NCBI GenBank assembly: GCA_036725985.1
Contig: DAIMDD010000006.1
Span: 107,227 to 171,226 of the forward strand
DNA length: 64,000 nucleotides
Source of the DNA: Burkholderiaceae bacterium
GTDB lineage: Bacteria; Pseudomonadota; Gammaproteobacteria; Burkholderiales; Burkholderiaceae_B
Direction: 5' to 3'
Shown: positions 10,791 through 21,686 of the stretch, one piece after another
How the letters are laid out: every line of letters begins with the position of its first letter
Position numbering within the stretch: the first letter of the stretch is position 1
Notes under the pieces: model-generated
What the model saw: only the letters and a program-made list of their open reading frames with translations
Database searches by the model: none
Told to the model about the DNA's origin: nothing
Translations under genes and position numbers: made by a program

Positions 10791-11027
10791 ATGGAAAGCA
10801 TCGAACAGCGCGTCAAGAAGATTGTCGCTGAACAACTTGGCGTTAATGAAGCCGAGATCAAGAACGCCTCTTCATTCCTTGATGACCTCGGTGCCGATTC
10901 ACTCGATATGGTCGAGTTAGTCATGGCGCTCGAAGACGAGTTCGAAACTGAAATCCCTGATGAGGAAGCTGAAAAAATCACGACCGTTCAGCAAGCAGTG
11001 GATTACATCAATTCGCGTTCCAAGTAA
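10791..11027 (+). CDS. acpP: Acyl carrier protein
   Basis: [16 protein letters not shown] with the phosphopantetheine-attachment serine. Confidence 0.97.
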   Translation: MESIEQRVKKIVAEQLGVNEAEIKNASSFLDDLGADSLDMVELVMALEDEFETEIPDEEAEKITTVQQAVDYINSRSK

Positions 11028-11171
11028 TTATCAATTCGCGGCATCAGGCGGCGCTGTCCGCTGAGCTGTCGGGCGGTTGAGGCGATTAGTGTGTGGTATT
11101 TCGGGGCATATGCACCGGGTGCTTGCACATTCAATGTCTTGGCCGCCTTTATCACATATAAGGAGTGATCC

Positions 11172-12401
11172 GTGAAACGACGAGTCGTCATTACAGGCCT
11201 TGGGATCGTATGCCCAGTGGGTAACGATATCGCTTCAGCCTGGGACAATATCGTTAACGGTCGGTCCGGTATCGGACGGATAACACGTTTTGACCCGGCC
11301 GCTTTTAATGCGCACATAGCCGGTGAAGTCAAAAATTTTGACATCACTACGCTGATTCCACAAAAAGAAGCGCGCACAATGGATACTTTTATCCATTATG
11401 GAATAGCCGCCGGCGTTCAGGCCTGGAAAGACTCTGGTCTAGAAATTACGGAAGCCAATGCCGAGCGAGTCGGCGTGATTGTGGGTTCAGGGATTGGTGG
11501 TTTGCAACGCATAGAAGAAACGCAGACCGAATACCTTGAGCGTGGCCCACGTCGTATTTCACCTTTTTTTGTTCCTGCGTCCTTAATTAATCTGATTTCA
11601 GGCCAGCTATCGATCATGCTCGGTCTGAAAGGTCCCTCCTACGCTGTAGTGTCAGCGTGCACGACAGGACTACACTCAATTGGTGATGCCGCGCGCCTGA
11701 TCGAGTATGGTGATGCCGATGTAATGGTTGCAGGTGGTGCCGAGTCGACTGTATCCCCACTCGGTATTGGTGGCTTTGCAGCGATGCGTGCGCTTTCCCA
11801 GCGTAATGATGACCCAACAACCGCATCACGCCCCTGGGATCGTGATCGGGACGGCTTTGTCCTGGGCGAGGGGGCTGGCGTGCTGGTTCTCGAAGAATAC
11901 GAGCACGCTAAAAAGCGTGGCGCGCGGATTTATGGCGAGTTTGCCGGTTACGGTATGAGCTCGGATGCCCACCACATCACTGCGCCTGACCGCGATGGTC
12001 CTCGTCGCGGAGTGCTCAACGCTTTGCGCAATGGCGGTATCAACCTGGATGAAGTCAACTACGTCAATGCACACGGTACTTCGACCCCTCTTGGCGATAA
12101 GAACGAAACAGAAGCCCTGAAACTTGCTTTTGGTGACCACGCCAGAAAACTCGTGATCAACTCAACCAAGTCGATGACAGGTCATTTGCTCGGGGCGGCA
12201 GGCGGTATCGAGGCTGTTTTCACCACTCTGGCCGTGCATCATCAGATCTCTCCTCCGACGATTAATATATTTAATCAGGATCCGGAGTGCGATCTTGATT
12301 ACTGCGCAAATACAGCGCGGCCAATGAAAATCGACGTGGCGTTGTCGAACTCTTTTGGCTTTGGTGGAACCAACGGTTCCATGGCTGTTCGTCGACTTTG
12401 A
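11172..12401 (+). CDS. fabF: 3-oxoacyl-ACP synthase II
   Basis: Active-site SACTTG and the HGTSTPLGD and GFGGTNG motifs. GTG start preceded by AAGGAG. Confidence 0.95.
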   Translation: MKRRVVITGLGIVCPVGNDIASAWDNIVNGRSGIGRITRFDPAAFNAHIAGEVKNFDITTLIPQKEARTMDTFIHYGIAAGVQAWKDSGLEITEANAERVGVIVGSGIGGLQRIEETQTEYLERGPRRISPFFVPASLINLISGQLSIMLGLKGPSYAVVSACTTGLHSIGDAARLIEYGDADVMVAGGAESTVSPLGIGGFAAMRALSQRNDDPTTASRPWDRDRDGFVLGEGAGVLVLEEYEHAKKRGARIYGEFAGYGMSSDAHHITAPDRDGPRRGVLNALRNGGINLDEVNYVNAHGTSTPLGDKNETEALKLAFGDHARKLVINSTKSMTGHLLGAAGGIEAVFTTLAVHHQISPPTINIFNQDPECDLDYCANTARPMKIDVALSNSFGFGGTNGSMAVRRL

Positions 12402-12459
12402 TTTCTGCTTGACTGACGGTTTAAATCTTTGTGTAACACTGTCCCGCCCCAGGCGGGCA

Positions 12460-12894
12460 GTGTTGACAGAATATCTTGCGTTAACTGCTGCCAGCTCAGC
12501 CCTGTGCTTGGCCTGCGTTTGGGCAAACTTTCCCCTTTTGGTTGTGCTGGCTGTGGTTGTTGGGCCCTGGATACCTGTTTTGTCTGTTTTTTTAAAACAA
12601 AGGAAAGAAAAACAGCCTCCTCAGTTTTTATGGCTCCATCCTCGGAGGCAATGGAAAATCAGTGACTTAGAGCAAAAAAATAGCCTGACTGTTGAGTTGT
12701 TGCAGCAATGGAGACATTTTTTTGGTCTCACCTTGAGCTTGAAAATCCTCAATTGCCCCCATAACAAGCAGGAAACTGTCAAAATAACCGTTTGGCGTTG
12801 CAAGATCGCACCTGAGACGTATCGTCAGATGTGTGTGATGGCTGCCTGGAGGCTGGATTACCCTCAGGTTGAGCAAACAATGGAGACTGTGTGA
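12460..12894 (+). CDS. Hypothetical small inner-membrane protein with two predicted TM helices and a Trp-rich C-terminal domain; possibly YgfX/DUF1434-like
   Basis: Open frame 12355-12894. Its stop overlaps the rpoE GTG start (GTGA at 12891-12894). The start is uncertain: the ATG at 12355 lies inside fabF, and the first downstream candidates are GTG 12460 and TTG 12463, after a strong hairpin. The family assignment is only a by-eye resemblance. Confidence 0.4.
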   Translation: MLTEYLALTAASSALCLACVWANFPLLVVLAVVVGPWIPVLSVFLKQRKEKQPPQFLWLHPRRQWKISDLEQKNSLTVELLQQWRHFFGLTLSLKILNCPHNKQETVKITVWRCKIAPETYRQMCVMAAWRLDYPQVEQTMETV

Positions 12895-13490
12895 CCGAGC
12901 GTGATGTTGATGCTGAATTAGTCGCTCGTGTACAAAACGGCGATAAAAAGGCATTTGATTTGTTGGTATTGAAATATCAACGCAAAATCATGCGACTCTT
13001 GTCGCGGATGATCCGCGACCCCGCTGAGACCGAAGATGTTGCCCAGGAAGCCTTCATTAAGGCTTATCGTGCCTTGCCCCAATTCAGGGGCGATAGCGCC
13101 TTTTATACCTGGCTCTACCGCATTGCGATCAATACTGCGCGTAACTGGCTTGCTACAAATAAACGCCGACCGAACACTTCTTCTTTACTTGAGAACGAAG
13201 AAGGTGAAACTTTTAACGAATCCGATAACCTAACAGACAACAGTACCCCAGAGTCAGAGCTTGCCAGTCGTGAAATTGCACAGACTGTAAACAAGGCGAT
13301 CGAGGATTTACCTGAGGAGTTGCGTAACGCAATCGTGATGCGTGAAATTGATGGGTTGAGCTATGATGACATTGCTCAATCCATGGATTGCCCCATCGGT
13401 ACGGTGCGCTCTAGAATTTTTCGGGCTCGTGAGGCCATTGCGACGCGGTTACGCCCAATTATGGGCAATGCCGGTGACAAGCGCTGGTAA
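12891..13490 (+). CDS. rpoE: ECF sigma factor sigma-E (RpoE/AlgU)
   Basis: The N-terminus aligns by eye with E. coli RpoE (LVxRVQxGDxKAFxLLVxKYQ). It is followed by rseA, rseB and degP. Confidence 0.93.
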   Translation: MTERDVDAELVARVQNGDKKAFDLLVLKYQRKIMRLLSRMIRDPAETEDVAQEAFIKAYRALPQFRGDSAFYTWLYRIAINTARNWLATNKRRPNTSSLLENEEGETFNESDNLTDNSTPESELASREIAQTVNKAIEDLPEELRNAIVMREIDGLSYDDIAQSMDCPIGTVRSRIFRAREAIATRLRPIMGNAGDKRW

Positions 13491-13503
13491 GGACAGAAAA
13501 ATA

Positions 13504-14040
13504 ATGCAAGACTTTAAACATAACCGGGATGACCGTACTACCTCCAGCGCTGAGGTGACGCAGGCTATTTCCGCCTGGCTCGATGGGGATGCTCAAATTT
13601 CTATGCCAGAGGTCTTGGAAACCGAACAGGGTAAACAAACGTGGCAGTTGTACCATCTGATTGGGGATGCTTTAAGGACACCAGAACTTGCTTTACTACC
13701 TGCGACAGAGTTTTCTGCTCGTTTAGCCCAGGCGATTGCAGCGGAGCCCGCACTATCTGTCACACCTGTGCCAGTAAACAATAGTATCGGTTCGAGGATG
13801 CGTGACTACGGGTGGCCTGTTTTTGCAATGGCTGCGGCAGTTGCCAGTGTGGTTTGGGTCCTGCATCCGTTTTTTTCACCTGAAATGAATGACTCTTCGA
13901 GTCATATTGCTTCCGCCGAGCCTGCAGTAGTGGTCGCATCTAAGGTCGAGCTTGACGATATGCACGCTTACGTCACTGCACATCGCCAGTTCTCCGGACC
14001 TGCGTCAGTCAGGCAGGTTTCATACGGAGCCACGAAATAA
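13504..14040 (+). CDS. rseA: Anti-sigma-E factor (RseA/MucA family)
   Basis: N-terminal ISAWLDGD motif, a central TM segment, and position after rpoE. Confidence 0.75.
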   Translation: MQDFKHNRDDRTTSSAEVTQAISAWLDGDAQISMPEVLETEQGKQTWQLYHLIGDALRTPELALLPATEFSARLAQAIAAEPALSVTPVPVNNSIGSRMRDYGWPVFAMAAAVASVVWVLHPFFSPEMNDSSSHIASAEPAVVVASKVELDDMHAYVTAHRQFSGPASVRQVSYGATK

Positions 14041-15089
14041 TGAGTATGAATCACTCTGGTCCCGTATTGTTCGGGCGAGGACTTGGTTTTATAAAGGCTG
14101 TTTTCACAGCACTGCTTTATATGTTGTCTGTATCTGCGGTGTCTGCGCAGACGCAGGTTCTGCAAAACCTGCCTTCACTTGAAGAAAGTGACTCAACCCT
14201 GCTTTTACGCATCCAGAATGCAGCGCGTACGCTGAATTATCGAGGGGTCTTTGCCTATCATCAGGGCGGTTTGATTGAGGCCTCGCTGATCACCCATGTT
14301 TATGATGGTAAAAACGAAACCGAAAAGCTTGAGTTGCTTGACGGTCCAGCCAGAGAATACCTGCGTAAAAACGATCGAGTGCAGTCTTTGATTCCAGAAG
14401 ACAATGTTGTAATGTTGGAAAAACAGCGCGTGGATCGCTTCCCAGGTTTGCTGTTATCCAATATTCAAGCTGTCGTTGCCAACTACAGCATAAGACCTGC
14501 GTCCCAGATGATGCGGGTCGCAGGCAGGACCTGCCAGGTTATTGATGTGGTTCCCAAAGATACCCTTCGTTATGGCTATCGTTTATGTGTTGACAACGAG
14601 ACCCGGCTATTACTCAGGGTACAAACTGTAGGTGATGGTGGCCGTCTCATTGAGCAGGTGAGCTTTACCCAGTTGAGCATTGGCTCTGATATACCAGAAA
14701 CATTGCTCGCACCTTCATGGTCCATCGCTGACTGGAAGGTCGTGGAAACGCAAGAAACAATGGTGGACCTGCAGGGCTTAGGCTGGCGTATTCAGGCGCC
14801 TGCTGGTTATGGCGTGATTTCACAAACACAACAATTTTTTGCTGAAAAAAAACGCGTTCATCAGATGGGGTTGTCAGATGGTTTGTCAACAATATCAATA
14901 TTTATTGAACCTTATCTAAATGAGCGGTCTGACTACAAACCTCTTGGCGCAGCACAGATTGGTTCTGTGAATCTCTATGGGGTAAAAATTGCAAATTTCT
15001 GGCTGACTGTTCTGGGTGAAGTGCCGGCCTCCACTCTCGAAAAGTTTGCACAGTCCATTCAATACATGCCTGGTCAAAGTCTTAAATAA
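14040..15089 (+). CDS. rseB: Sigma-E regulatory protein RseB/MucB
   Basis: Signal peptide, MucB/RseB-like length and position. Its start overlaps the rseA stop. Confidence 0.85.
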   Translation: MSMNHSGPVLFGRGLGFIKAVFTALLYMLSVSAVSAQTQVLQNLPSLEESDSTLLLRIQNAARTLNYRGVFAYHQGGLIEASLITHVYDGKNETEKLELLDGPAREYLRKNDRVQSLIPEDNVVMLEKQRVDRFPGLLLSNIQAVVANYSIRPASQMMRVAGRTCQVIDVVPKDTLRYGYRLCVDNETRLLLRVQTVGDGGRLIEQVSFTQLSIGSDIPETLLAPSWSIADWKVVETQETMVDLQGLGWRIQAPAGYGVISQTQQFFAEKKRVHQMGLSDGLSTISIFIEPYLNERSDYKPLGAAQIGSVNLYGVKIANFWLTVLGEVPASTLEKFAQSIQYMPGQSLK

Positions 15090-15125
15090 TTGACTTCTGG
15101 CCAGAGCAAAAAAACGGAGTTCAAA

Positions 15126-16628
15126 ATGCGAGATCTGTATCAGTCATATCTGTATATGCCCGCTGATCGTACGCGCCGCACGCTGGTCGCCTTCATGCTG
15201 GGGGTTGTCCTGATAGTTGGTGGTGTACATGCACAACAAACGCATGCGCAAAATATAGCGCTGCCTGACTTCACGACGATTGTAGAAAAAGCTGAACCTG
15301 CAGTGGTCAATATCCGAACCACAGCCAAAGTAAATGTACGTGGTCAGGCGCCAGGCGGTGGCCAGGATCCTTATGAGATGTTCAGGCATTTCTTTGGGCC
15401 TGATTTTCAACCACCTGGCCAAGGCGGAAAAGGTCCGCAGCAACAAGCTCCGCGAGGCAAGCGTGATGAACCTGAAGAGCGTACTGTTCCACGCGGTGTA
15501 GGTTCAGGGTTTTTCATCTCGGAGGATGGTTACGTCCTGACTAATCATCATGTTGTGGCTGATGCAACAGAGATTTTCCTGACTCTGACCGATGGACGTG
15601 AGTTCAAGGCAAAGTTGGTTGGCAGCGATGAGCGTACTGATGTGGCGTTGCTTAAGGTCGACGCCCGTGGCATGTCAATTTTGCCAATCGGTGATGCCAA
15701 GCTTCTCAAAAAAGGTCAGTGGGTTCTTGCGATCGGTTCACCCTTCGGTTTGGACTCGACTGTGACTTCTGGAATCATCAGCGCATTGGGTCGCGATACG
15801 GGTGATTATTTACCCTTTATCCAGACAGATGTTGCCGTCAATCCTGGTAATTCAGGCGGCCCTTTGCTCAACATGAAAGGAGAGGTGGTTGGCATCAACT
15901 CACAAATCGTTTCTCGCAGTGGTGGCTCAATGGGCATTTCTCTGGCGATCCCAATCAATGAGGCCATGACGGTGGTTGAGCAGTTGCGTACCTCAGGCAA
16001 GGTTGTTCGTGGCCGTATCGGCGTCCAGATTGGAGAAGTCAGCAAAGATGTCGCTGCTGCGATTGGTTTGCCCAAAGCTGAAGGCGCGATGGTCAGTGGT
16101 GTCGAGCAAGATGCGCCGGCTGATAAGGCTGGAATTCAGGCTGGTGATGTGATCACAAGCTTTAATGACAAGCCCATCGGCAAATTCTCCGATCTGCCTC
16201 GCTTAGTCGGTGAGGTCAAGCCGGGTACCGCTGCGCCTATTGAGGTCTGGCGCAAGGGTAAGGTCGTCAAGCTCAAAGTCACCGTGGGTGAGATGAAAGC
16301 TGATCCCAAGGCCGTCGCAAAGGGACCATCCGTCAAACCTGCCGAGACTGAGACCAAGGTGCTTGGCCTGAGTGTGGTGGCTGTAGACGCTGACTTGCAG
16401 ACTAAACTGCGCATTAAAGGCGGGGTTCAGGTTAATTCTGTCGAAGCGCCCGCCAGCTCAGCCGGGATTGCCGAAGGCGATATTATTCTGGCTGTCAACG
16501 ATACGGATATCACCAGTCCGGAGCAATTTGCCAAATTTGTTGACGCTCTCGATAAATCCCGTCCGGTAGGTTTGATGTTGCGCCGTGGGGATCAAACCCA
16601 GTGGGTAGCGGTTAAGCCCACAAAATAA
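15126..16628 (+). CDS. degP: Periplasmic serine endoprotease, DegP/MucD (HtrA family, two PDZ domains)
   Basis: TNHHV (His), D..ALLK (Asp) and GNSGGPL (Ser) triad motifs, then two PDZ-like segments. GGAG Shine-Dalgarno before the ATG at 15126. Confidence 0.9.
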   Translation: MRDLYQSYLYMPADRTRRTLVAFMLGVVLIVGGVHAQQTHAQNIALPDFTTIVEKAEPAVVNIRTTAKVNVRGQAPGGGQDPYEMFRHFFGPDFQPPGQGGKGPQQQAPRGKRDEPEERTVPRGVGSGFFISEDGYVLTNHHVVADATEIFLTLTDGREFKAKLVGSDERTDVALLKVDARGMSILPIGDAKLLKKGQWVLAIGSPFGLDSTVTSGIISALGRDTGDYLPFIQTDVAVNPGNSGGPLLNMKGEVVGINSQIVSRSGGSMGISLAIPINEAMTVVEQLRTSGKVVRGRIGVQIGEVSKDVAAAIGLPKAEGAMVSGVEQDAPADKAGIQAGDVITSFNDKPIGKFSDLPRLVGEVKPGTAAPIEVWRKGKVVKLKVTVGEMKADPKAVAKGPSVKPAETETKVLGLSVVAVDADLQTKLRIKGGVQVNSVEAPASSAGIAEGDIILAVNDTDITSPEQFAKFVDALDKSRPVGLMLRRGDQTQWVAVKPTK

Positions 16629-16659
16629 GCCAAGAACGGCTAGAATAGCTGTTTGCCGC

Positions 16660-16684
16660 AAAAGGGGCGCAAAGCGCCCCTTTT
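16660..16684 (+). terminator. Rho-independent terminator after degP
   Basis: aaaaGGGGCGCaaaGCGCCCCtttt: a perfect GC-rich stem with a 3-nt loop and a T-run. Confidence 0.9.
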
Positions 16685-16710
16685 GCTTGTTGGCTCTCTT
16701 CTTAGGCTCT

Positions 16711-18501
16711 ATGCAGCACATTCGCAATTTCTCCATCATCGCCCATATTGATCATGGCAAATCAACTCTCGCTGACCGACTGATTCAGCGCTGCGGGGGA
16801 CTGGCTGCCCGTGAGATGTCCGCCCAGGTTCTGGATTCCATGGATATCGAACGCGAGCGTGGCATCACGATCAAAGCCCAGACTGCGGCACTGCACTATA
16901 AAGCAGCTGACGGTAATGTTTATAACCTCAACCTGATCGATACCCCGGGGCACGTTGACTTCTCCTACGAGGTCAGCCGTTCCTTGTCCGCGTGCGAGGG
17001 CGCTTTGCTGGTGGTGGATGCCTCTCAGGGTGTTGAGGCACAAACCGTTGCAAACTGCTACACAGCGATCGAGCTTGGTGTGGAGGTCGTGCCGATCCTT
17101 AATAAGATGGATTTGCCGCAGGCCGATCCTGAGAGTGCTCGCGCTGAGGTTGAGGATGTGATTGGTATTGACGCGGCCGATGCGATTCTTGCAAGTGCCA
17201 AGACAGGCATGGGGATTGACGAGATTCTGGAGGCGGTGGTTGCTCGCATTCCTCCTCCGAAAGGCGATCCGGATGCGCCACTGCAGGCATTGATTGTTGA
17301 CTCGTGGTTTGATAACTATGTTGGCGTCGTGATGCTGGTACGCATTATCAATGGCGTTCTCAAGCCCAAAGACAAAATTACTTTTATGGCTACGGGTGCT
17401 GTGCATTTGTGCGAGCAGACGGGTGTGTTTACACCTAAATCACTGCCGCGCCCGCATTTGTCGGCAGGAGAGGTAGGGTTTGTTACGGCGGGTATCAAAG
17501 AGCTGAAAGACGCCAAGGTGGGCGATACGATTACTCTCACCGCTAAACCTGCTGCCCAAGCTTTGCCTGGTTTTAAAGAAGTCAAGCCTCAGGTGTTTGC
17601 GGGACTTTATCCTGTCGAGAGTAGCGAGTATGACCAACTGCGGGATTCGCTCGAAAAACTCAAGCTCAACGACTCTGCGCTGATGTTTGAGCCCGAGGTG
17701 TCACAGGCGCTCGGTTTTGGCTTTCGTTGCGGATTCCTCGGTTTACTGCATATGGAGATCGTGCAGGAGCGACTCGAGCGTGAGTTCGATATGGATATCA
17801 TTACGACAGCCCCCTCGGTGGTGTACGAAGTGGTGTTGCGTGACAACGAAGTCATCCATATCGAGAGCCCTTCCCGCATGCCAGATGTGGGTAAGTTCAT
17901 TGAGGTGCGTGAGCCTATCGTCAATGTGACGCTGTTCATGCCCCAGGAGTACGTTGGTCCAGTGATGACTTTGTGCACCACCAAGCGCGGTGTGCAACTG
18001 GATATGACTTATCACGGTAGACAGGTCCATTTGCACTATGAAATCCCGCTCGCTGAGATCGTGCTGGATTTCTTTGACAAGTTGAAATCTGTATCGCGCG
18101 GTTATGCCTCGATGGATTACGAGTTCAAAGAGTACCGCCCGGCCGACGTCGTCAAAGTGGATCTGTTGATCAATACCGATAAGGTCGATGCGTTGTCGAC
18201 CATCTGCCATCGCTCTAACGCCCGATATCGCGCACGCGATGTGGTCTCAAAAATGCGCGAGCTGATTCCGCGTCAGATGTATGACGTAGCCATCCAGGCA
18301 GCGATCGGTGCAGAAATTATTGCCCGTGAGAACGTCAAAGCGTTACGCAAAAACGTATTGGCTAAGTGCTACGGTGGTGATATCAGCCGCAAGAAAAAAC
18401 TGCTCGAAAAGCAGAAGGCCGGTAAAAAACGCATGAAACAAGTCGGTAGCGTTGAGATTCCGCAAGAAGCCTTTCTGGCGATCTTGCAGGTTGATAGCTA
18501 A
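16711..18501 (+). CDS. lepA: Translation elongation factor 4 (LepA)
   Basis: [20 protein letters not shown] and DTPGHVDF GTPase motifs, upstream of lepB. Confidence 0.97.
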   Translation: MQHIRNFSIIAHIDHGKSTLADRLIQRCGGLAAREMSAQVLDSMDIERERGITIKAQTAALHYKAADGNVYNLNLIDTPGHVDFSYEVSRSLSACEGALLVVDASQGVEAQTVANCYTAIELGVEVVPILNKMDLPQADPESARAEVEDVIGIDAADAILASAKTGMGIDEILEAVVARIPPPKGDPDAPLQALIVDSWFDNYVGVVMLVRIINGVLKPKDKITFMATGAVHLCEQTGVFTPKSLPRPHLSAGEVGFVTAGIKELKDAKVGDTITLTAKPAAQALPGFKEVKPQVFAGLYPVESSEYDQLRDSLEKLKLNDSALMFEPEVSQALGFGFRCGFLGLLHMEIVQERLEREFDMDIITTAPSVVYEVVLRDNEVIHIESPSRMPDVGKFIEVREPIVNVTLFMPQEYVGPVMTLCTTKRGVQLDMTYHGRQVHLHYEIPLAEIVLDFFDKLKSVSRGYASMDYEFKEYRPADVVKVDLLINTDKVDALSTICHRSNARYRARDVVSKMRELIPRQMYDVAIQAAIGAEIIARENVKALRKNVLAKCYGGDISRKKKLLEKQKAGKKRMKQVGSVEIPQEAFLAILQVDS

Positions 18502-18531
18502 TCCGAATTTAATCGTCAATAGGTTGAACTG

Positions 18532-19419
18532 ATGAGCTGGAATTTTGCATTAATCTTATTTGTGTTGCTCGTTGTCACGGGTATAGTCTGGTTTCTCGAT
18601 CGTTTTTCGTTGAGTGCAAAACGTCGTCAAAAAATTGAACAGGCTCTTGCCTTGGCTCGCACGAGTTGGTCGACCCTGTCGCCAGCTGAAATACAGGAAC
18701 GCGAAGAGCAAATCCGGTCAGACATAGGCCGTATGCCGTGGTGGGTCGAGTATGGCGTGAGTTTTTTTCCAGTCATCTTGTTTGTTTTTGTGCTGCGCTC
18801 CTTTATTGTGGAGCCCTTTCGAATTCCCTCCGGGTCGATGTTGCCGACCTTGCAATCAGGCGACTTGATTCTGGTTAATAAATTCATCTACGGTTTGCGC
18901 CTGCCTGTCATTGATACGAAAGTTATTCCAATTGGCTCGCCCCAGCGTGGTGATGTGATGGTCTTTCGTTACCCTGTTGACCCTACTGTTGATTACATTA
19001 AGCGCGTTGTAGGTCTGCCTGGTGATGAGGTGGCCTATCTGGATAAAAAGCTCTATATCAATGGAAAAGAGGTTCCGCGCAAGCGGGATGGCGAGTATTT
19101 TGAGCCGGACCGTGTGGCGTATACCGCACAGTTTACAGAGCAGCTAGGTGATGTCTCGCATGAAATCCTGTTAGATGAGCGAGGATCGCAGAATTTAGCT
19201 CCAATATCGAACTTTCCATATCGTGAAAAGTGCGAATATTTACGCAATGGCATTCGATGCACCGTACCGGCGGGTGTTTACTTTATGATGGGTGACAACC
19301 GTGACAATAGCCTTGATAGCCGCTACTGGGGATTTGTCCCGGAAGCCAACATCGTAGGACGTGCCTTTTTCATCTGGATGAATTTCGGCAGCCTGGGTCG
19401 TATCGGTCCTTTCCATTGA
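18532..19419 (+). CDS. lepB: Signal peptidase I
   Basis: SGSMLPTL (Ser box), KRVVGLPGD (Lys box) and [11 protein letters not shown] motifs. Confidence 0.95.
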   Translation: MSWNFALILFVLLVVTGIVWFLDRFSLSAKRRQKIEQALALARTSWSTLSPAEIQEREEQIRSDIGRMPWWVEYGVSFFPVILFVFVLRSFIVEPFRIPSGSMLPTLQSGDLILVNKFIYGLRLPVIDTKVIPIGSPQRGDVMVFRYPVDPTVDYIKRVVGLPGDEVAYLDKKLYINGKEVPRKRDGEYFEPDRVAYTAQFTEQLGDVSHEILLDERGSQNLAPISNFPYREKCEYLRNGIRCTVPAGVYFMMGDNRDNSLDSRYWGFVPEANIVGRAFFIWMNFGSLGRIGPFH

Positions 19420-19435
19420 TTGTGTTTATTTATTA

Positions 19436-20194
19436 ATGTCACTTGCCGTACTAGAGACCTCTCTCGGATATAAATTTTCAAAGCCTGCTTTGCTGGAGCA
19501 GGCTCTGACTCATCGCAGCCATGGTGCGCGTCACAATGAGCGTCTGGAGTTTCTGGGTGATTCCGTGCTCAACGTTGCGGTTGCAGCGTTGCTGTTTAAT
19601 CATTACGGCACGCTGGACGAGGGTGATTTGTCGCGGGTGCGTGCCAACCTGGTTAAGCAAGCCTCACTGGCGGAGATTGCTCAGAAACTCGACCTGTCGC
19701 GCTTTTTGCGACTGGGCGAGGGTGAGCTCAAAAGCGGTGGGTTTCGCAGACCTTCGATTCTTGCTGATACTTTTGAGGCGATACTCGCGGCGGTCTACCT
19801 CGATGGTGGTTTTATTCAGGCGCAAGCCCTGATCGAAAGACTCTATATTCCGATCCTGGAGAGTGTGGATCCGCTCACACTTGGCAAGGATGCGAAGACC
19901 TTGCTGCAAGAGTTCCTGCAAAGTCGCAAGCTCGCGTTGCCAATCTATAACGTTGTGGCGACGACTGGAGCTGCGCATAGTCAACAGTTTGAGGTGGAAT
20001 GCTGCATTCCCACCCTGGATATCAAAGTCAGCGCACCCGGCTCAAGTCGTCGTGCTGCAGAACAGTCAGCTGCAAAGCTGGCGCTCGAGGGTGCCGAAGC
20101 GGCCAGTCCGGCACCTCTTAAAAAGCGTTCGACACGGGCGCGTAAAACGGCACAACTTACGCTGCCAGTTGCGGTTGCCCAGGAACTTAAATGA
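19436..20194 (+). CDS. rnc: Ribonuclease III
   Basis: [12 protein letters not shown] signature plus a C-terminal dsRBD. Confidence 0.95.
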   Translation: MSLAVLETSLGYKFSKPALLEQALTHRSHGARHNERLEFLGDSVLNVAVAALLFNHYGTLDEGDLSRVRANLVKQASLAEIAQKLDLSRFLRLGEGELKSGGFRRPSILADTFEAILAAVYLDGGFIQAQALIERLYIPILESVDPLTLGKDAKTLLQEFLQSRKLALPIYNVVATTGAAHSQQFEVECCIPTLDIKVSAPGSSRRAAEQSAAKLALEGAEAASPAPLKKRSTRARKTAQLTLPVAVAQELK

Positions 20195-21081
20195 CAGAGA
20201 CAGCACATCGCTGTGGTTTTATCGCAGTTGTTGGTCGCCCGAATGTTGGTAAATCCACACTCACCAATGCACTGATTGGTTCAAAAATTACCATCGTTTC
20301 ACGTAAAGCACAGACTACGCGTCATCGCATTCAAGGCGTTCTAACACGTGAGCATGAGCAGTTCGTATTTGTCGATACACCGGGATTCCAGACGCGTCAT
20401 GGAGGTGCCATGAACGTCATGATGAATCGCGTGGTGACGCAAACGCTCGCTGATGTCGATGTGGTGTTGTTCGTGGTTGAGGCTGGCAAGTGGTCACCAG
20501 GTGACGCCAAACTGCTTACTCTGCTGCACAACCCGGAAAAAACCATTCTGGTGATCAGCAAGATCGACCAGATCAAAAACCGTGATGAACTCTACCCCTT
20601 TGTTGCGAAAATCGCTGCGCTCTATAATTTCAGCGCGATTGTTCCTGTGAGTGCCAATAAAAAACATCAACTCGATCAGTTGCTTGACGAGGTCGCAAAA
20701 CGCCTGCCTGAAAACGATGCTTTTTTCGAAGCGGATACGCTGACAGATCGCCCGGTGCGTTTTATCGCAGCCGAGCTGATTCGCGAAAAAATCTTCCGGC
20801 TAGTTGGTGATGAGTTGCCTTACGGCAGTACTGTGACAATTGAGCAATGGGATGAAACAGAGAAGGGCGTCAGTATCGCCGCCTGTGTCATCGTAGAACG
20901 CGAAAGCCATCGTCCAATGCTGCTCGGTGTTGGCGGTACGCACATGAAGCGCATTGCCTCCGAGGCGCGCCAGGATATGGCCAAGCTTTTGGATAAACCT
21001 GTCCACCTTGAGGTCTATATCAAGGTGCGCAAAGGCTGGGCTGACAAAGCCGCAAGCCTGCGCGATCTGGGTTATGAGTAA
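20191..21081 (+). CDS. era: GTPase Era
   Basis: [10 protein letters not shown] and DTPG motifs plus a KH domain. Its start overlaps the rnc stop. Confidence 0.95.
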   Translation: MTETAHRCGFIAVVGRPNVGKSTLTNALIGSKITIVSRKAQTTRHRIQGVLTREHEQFVFVDTPGFQTRHGGAMNVMMNRVVTQTLADVDVVLFVVEAGKWSPGDAKLLTLLHNPEKTILVISKIDQIKNRDELYPFVAKIAALYNFSAIVPVSANKKHQLDQLLDEVAKRLPENDAFFEADTLTDRPVRFIAAELIREKIFRLVGDELPYGSTVTIEQWDETEKGVSIAACVIVERESHRPMLLGVGGTHMKRIASEARQDMAKLLDKPVHLEVYIKVRKGWADKAASLRDLGYE

Positions 21082-21673
21082 ACGGCTATTACGCATACTC
21101 GATACCCCGGGCTACGTATTACATACTACAGCCTGGCGTGAAACCTCCCTGATTGTCCAGATTTTTTCCAGAGATCATGGCTGGGTCACCATGGTAGCGA
21201 AGGGCGCAAAGCGTCCGCACTCTTTACTGAGGCCTGCTTTGTCTGTGTTTCAGCCTTTGCTGCTGTCCTGGACGGGTGCGGGTGAAGTCAAAACACTTAC
21301 CCGTGCAGAGTGCGCAGGTGTTCACGCACTGCCGGGTTCAGCCATGATGTCCTGCTGGTATATGAATGAGTTGTTATTTCGTTTGTTACCGCTTGAGGAT
21401 GCGCACCCTGCCTTATTTGATGCGTATGTGATTGCCATGCAGCGACTCGCTGCGGGCGAGTCGGCAGCGGGTGCATTGCGCAGATTTGAATGGATTTTGT
21501 TGCAAGAGACAGGTTATGGGCTTGATGCCGAGGAACCTGATTTCGAAGATCCCCAGATCGAACCTGAGCTGCGTGTAAAACTACGCGCCAGACTTTCCGA
21601 ACATCTGGCTGGCAAGCCTCTTGCCACCAGACAAGTGCTGCTGTCACTGCAGAGATATCAGGCACCAAAATAA
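21074..21673 (+). CDS. recO: DNA repair protein RecO
   Basis: GYVLHTTAWRETSLIVQIFSRDHG is a typical RecO N-terminus. The ATG at 21074 overlaps the end of era. Confidence 0.9.
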   Translation: MSKRLLRILDTPGYVLHTTAWRETSLIVQIFSRDHGWVTMVAKGAKRPHSLLRPALSVFQPLLLSWTGAGEVKTLTRAECAGVHALPGSAMMSCWYMNELLFRLLPLEDAHPALFDAYVIAMQRLAAGESAAGALRRFEWILLQETGYGLDAEEPDFEDPQIEPELRVKLRARLSEHLAGKPLATRQVLLSLQRYQAPK

Positions 21674-21686
21674 AAGTATCAAACTA

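Noticed and set aside
12355-12459. The ATG at 12355 as the start of the ORF upstream of rpoE.
   Set aside because: It would overlap the last 47 nt of fabF and run through the 12435-12464 hairpin. A downstream GTG or TTG start is more plausible, though this remains unresolved.
12700-12890. A search for a sigma-E-type autoregulated promoter (GAACTT-N16-TCTGA) upstream of rpoE.
   Set aside because: No acceptable match was seen. The only candidate promoter nearby is a sigma-70-like TTGACT-N17-TGTAAC at 12409-12437, which is too weak to report as a feature.
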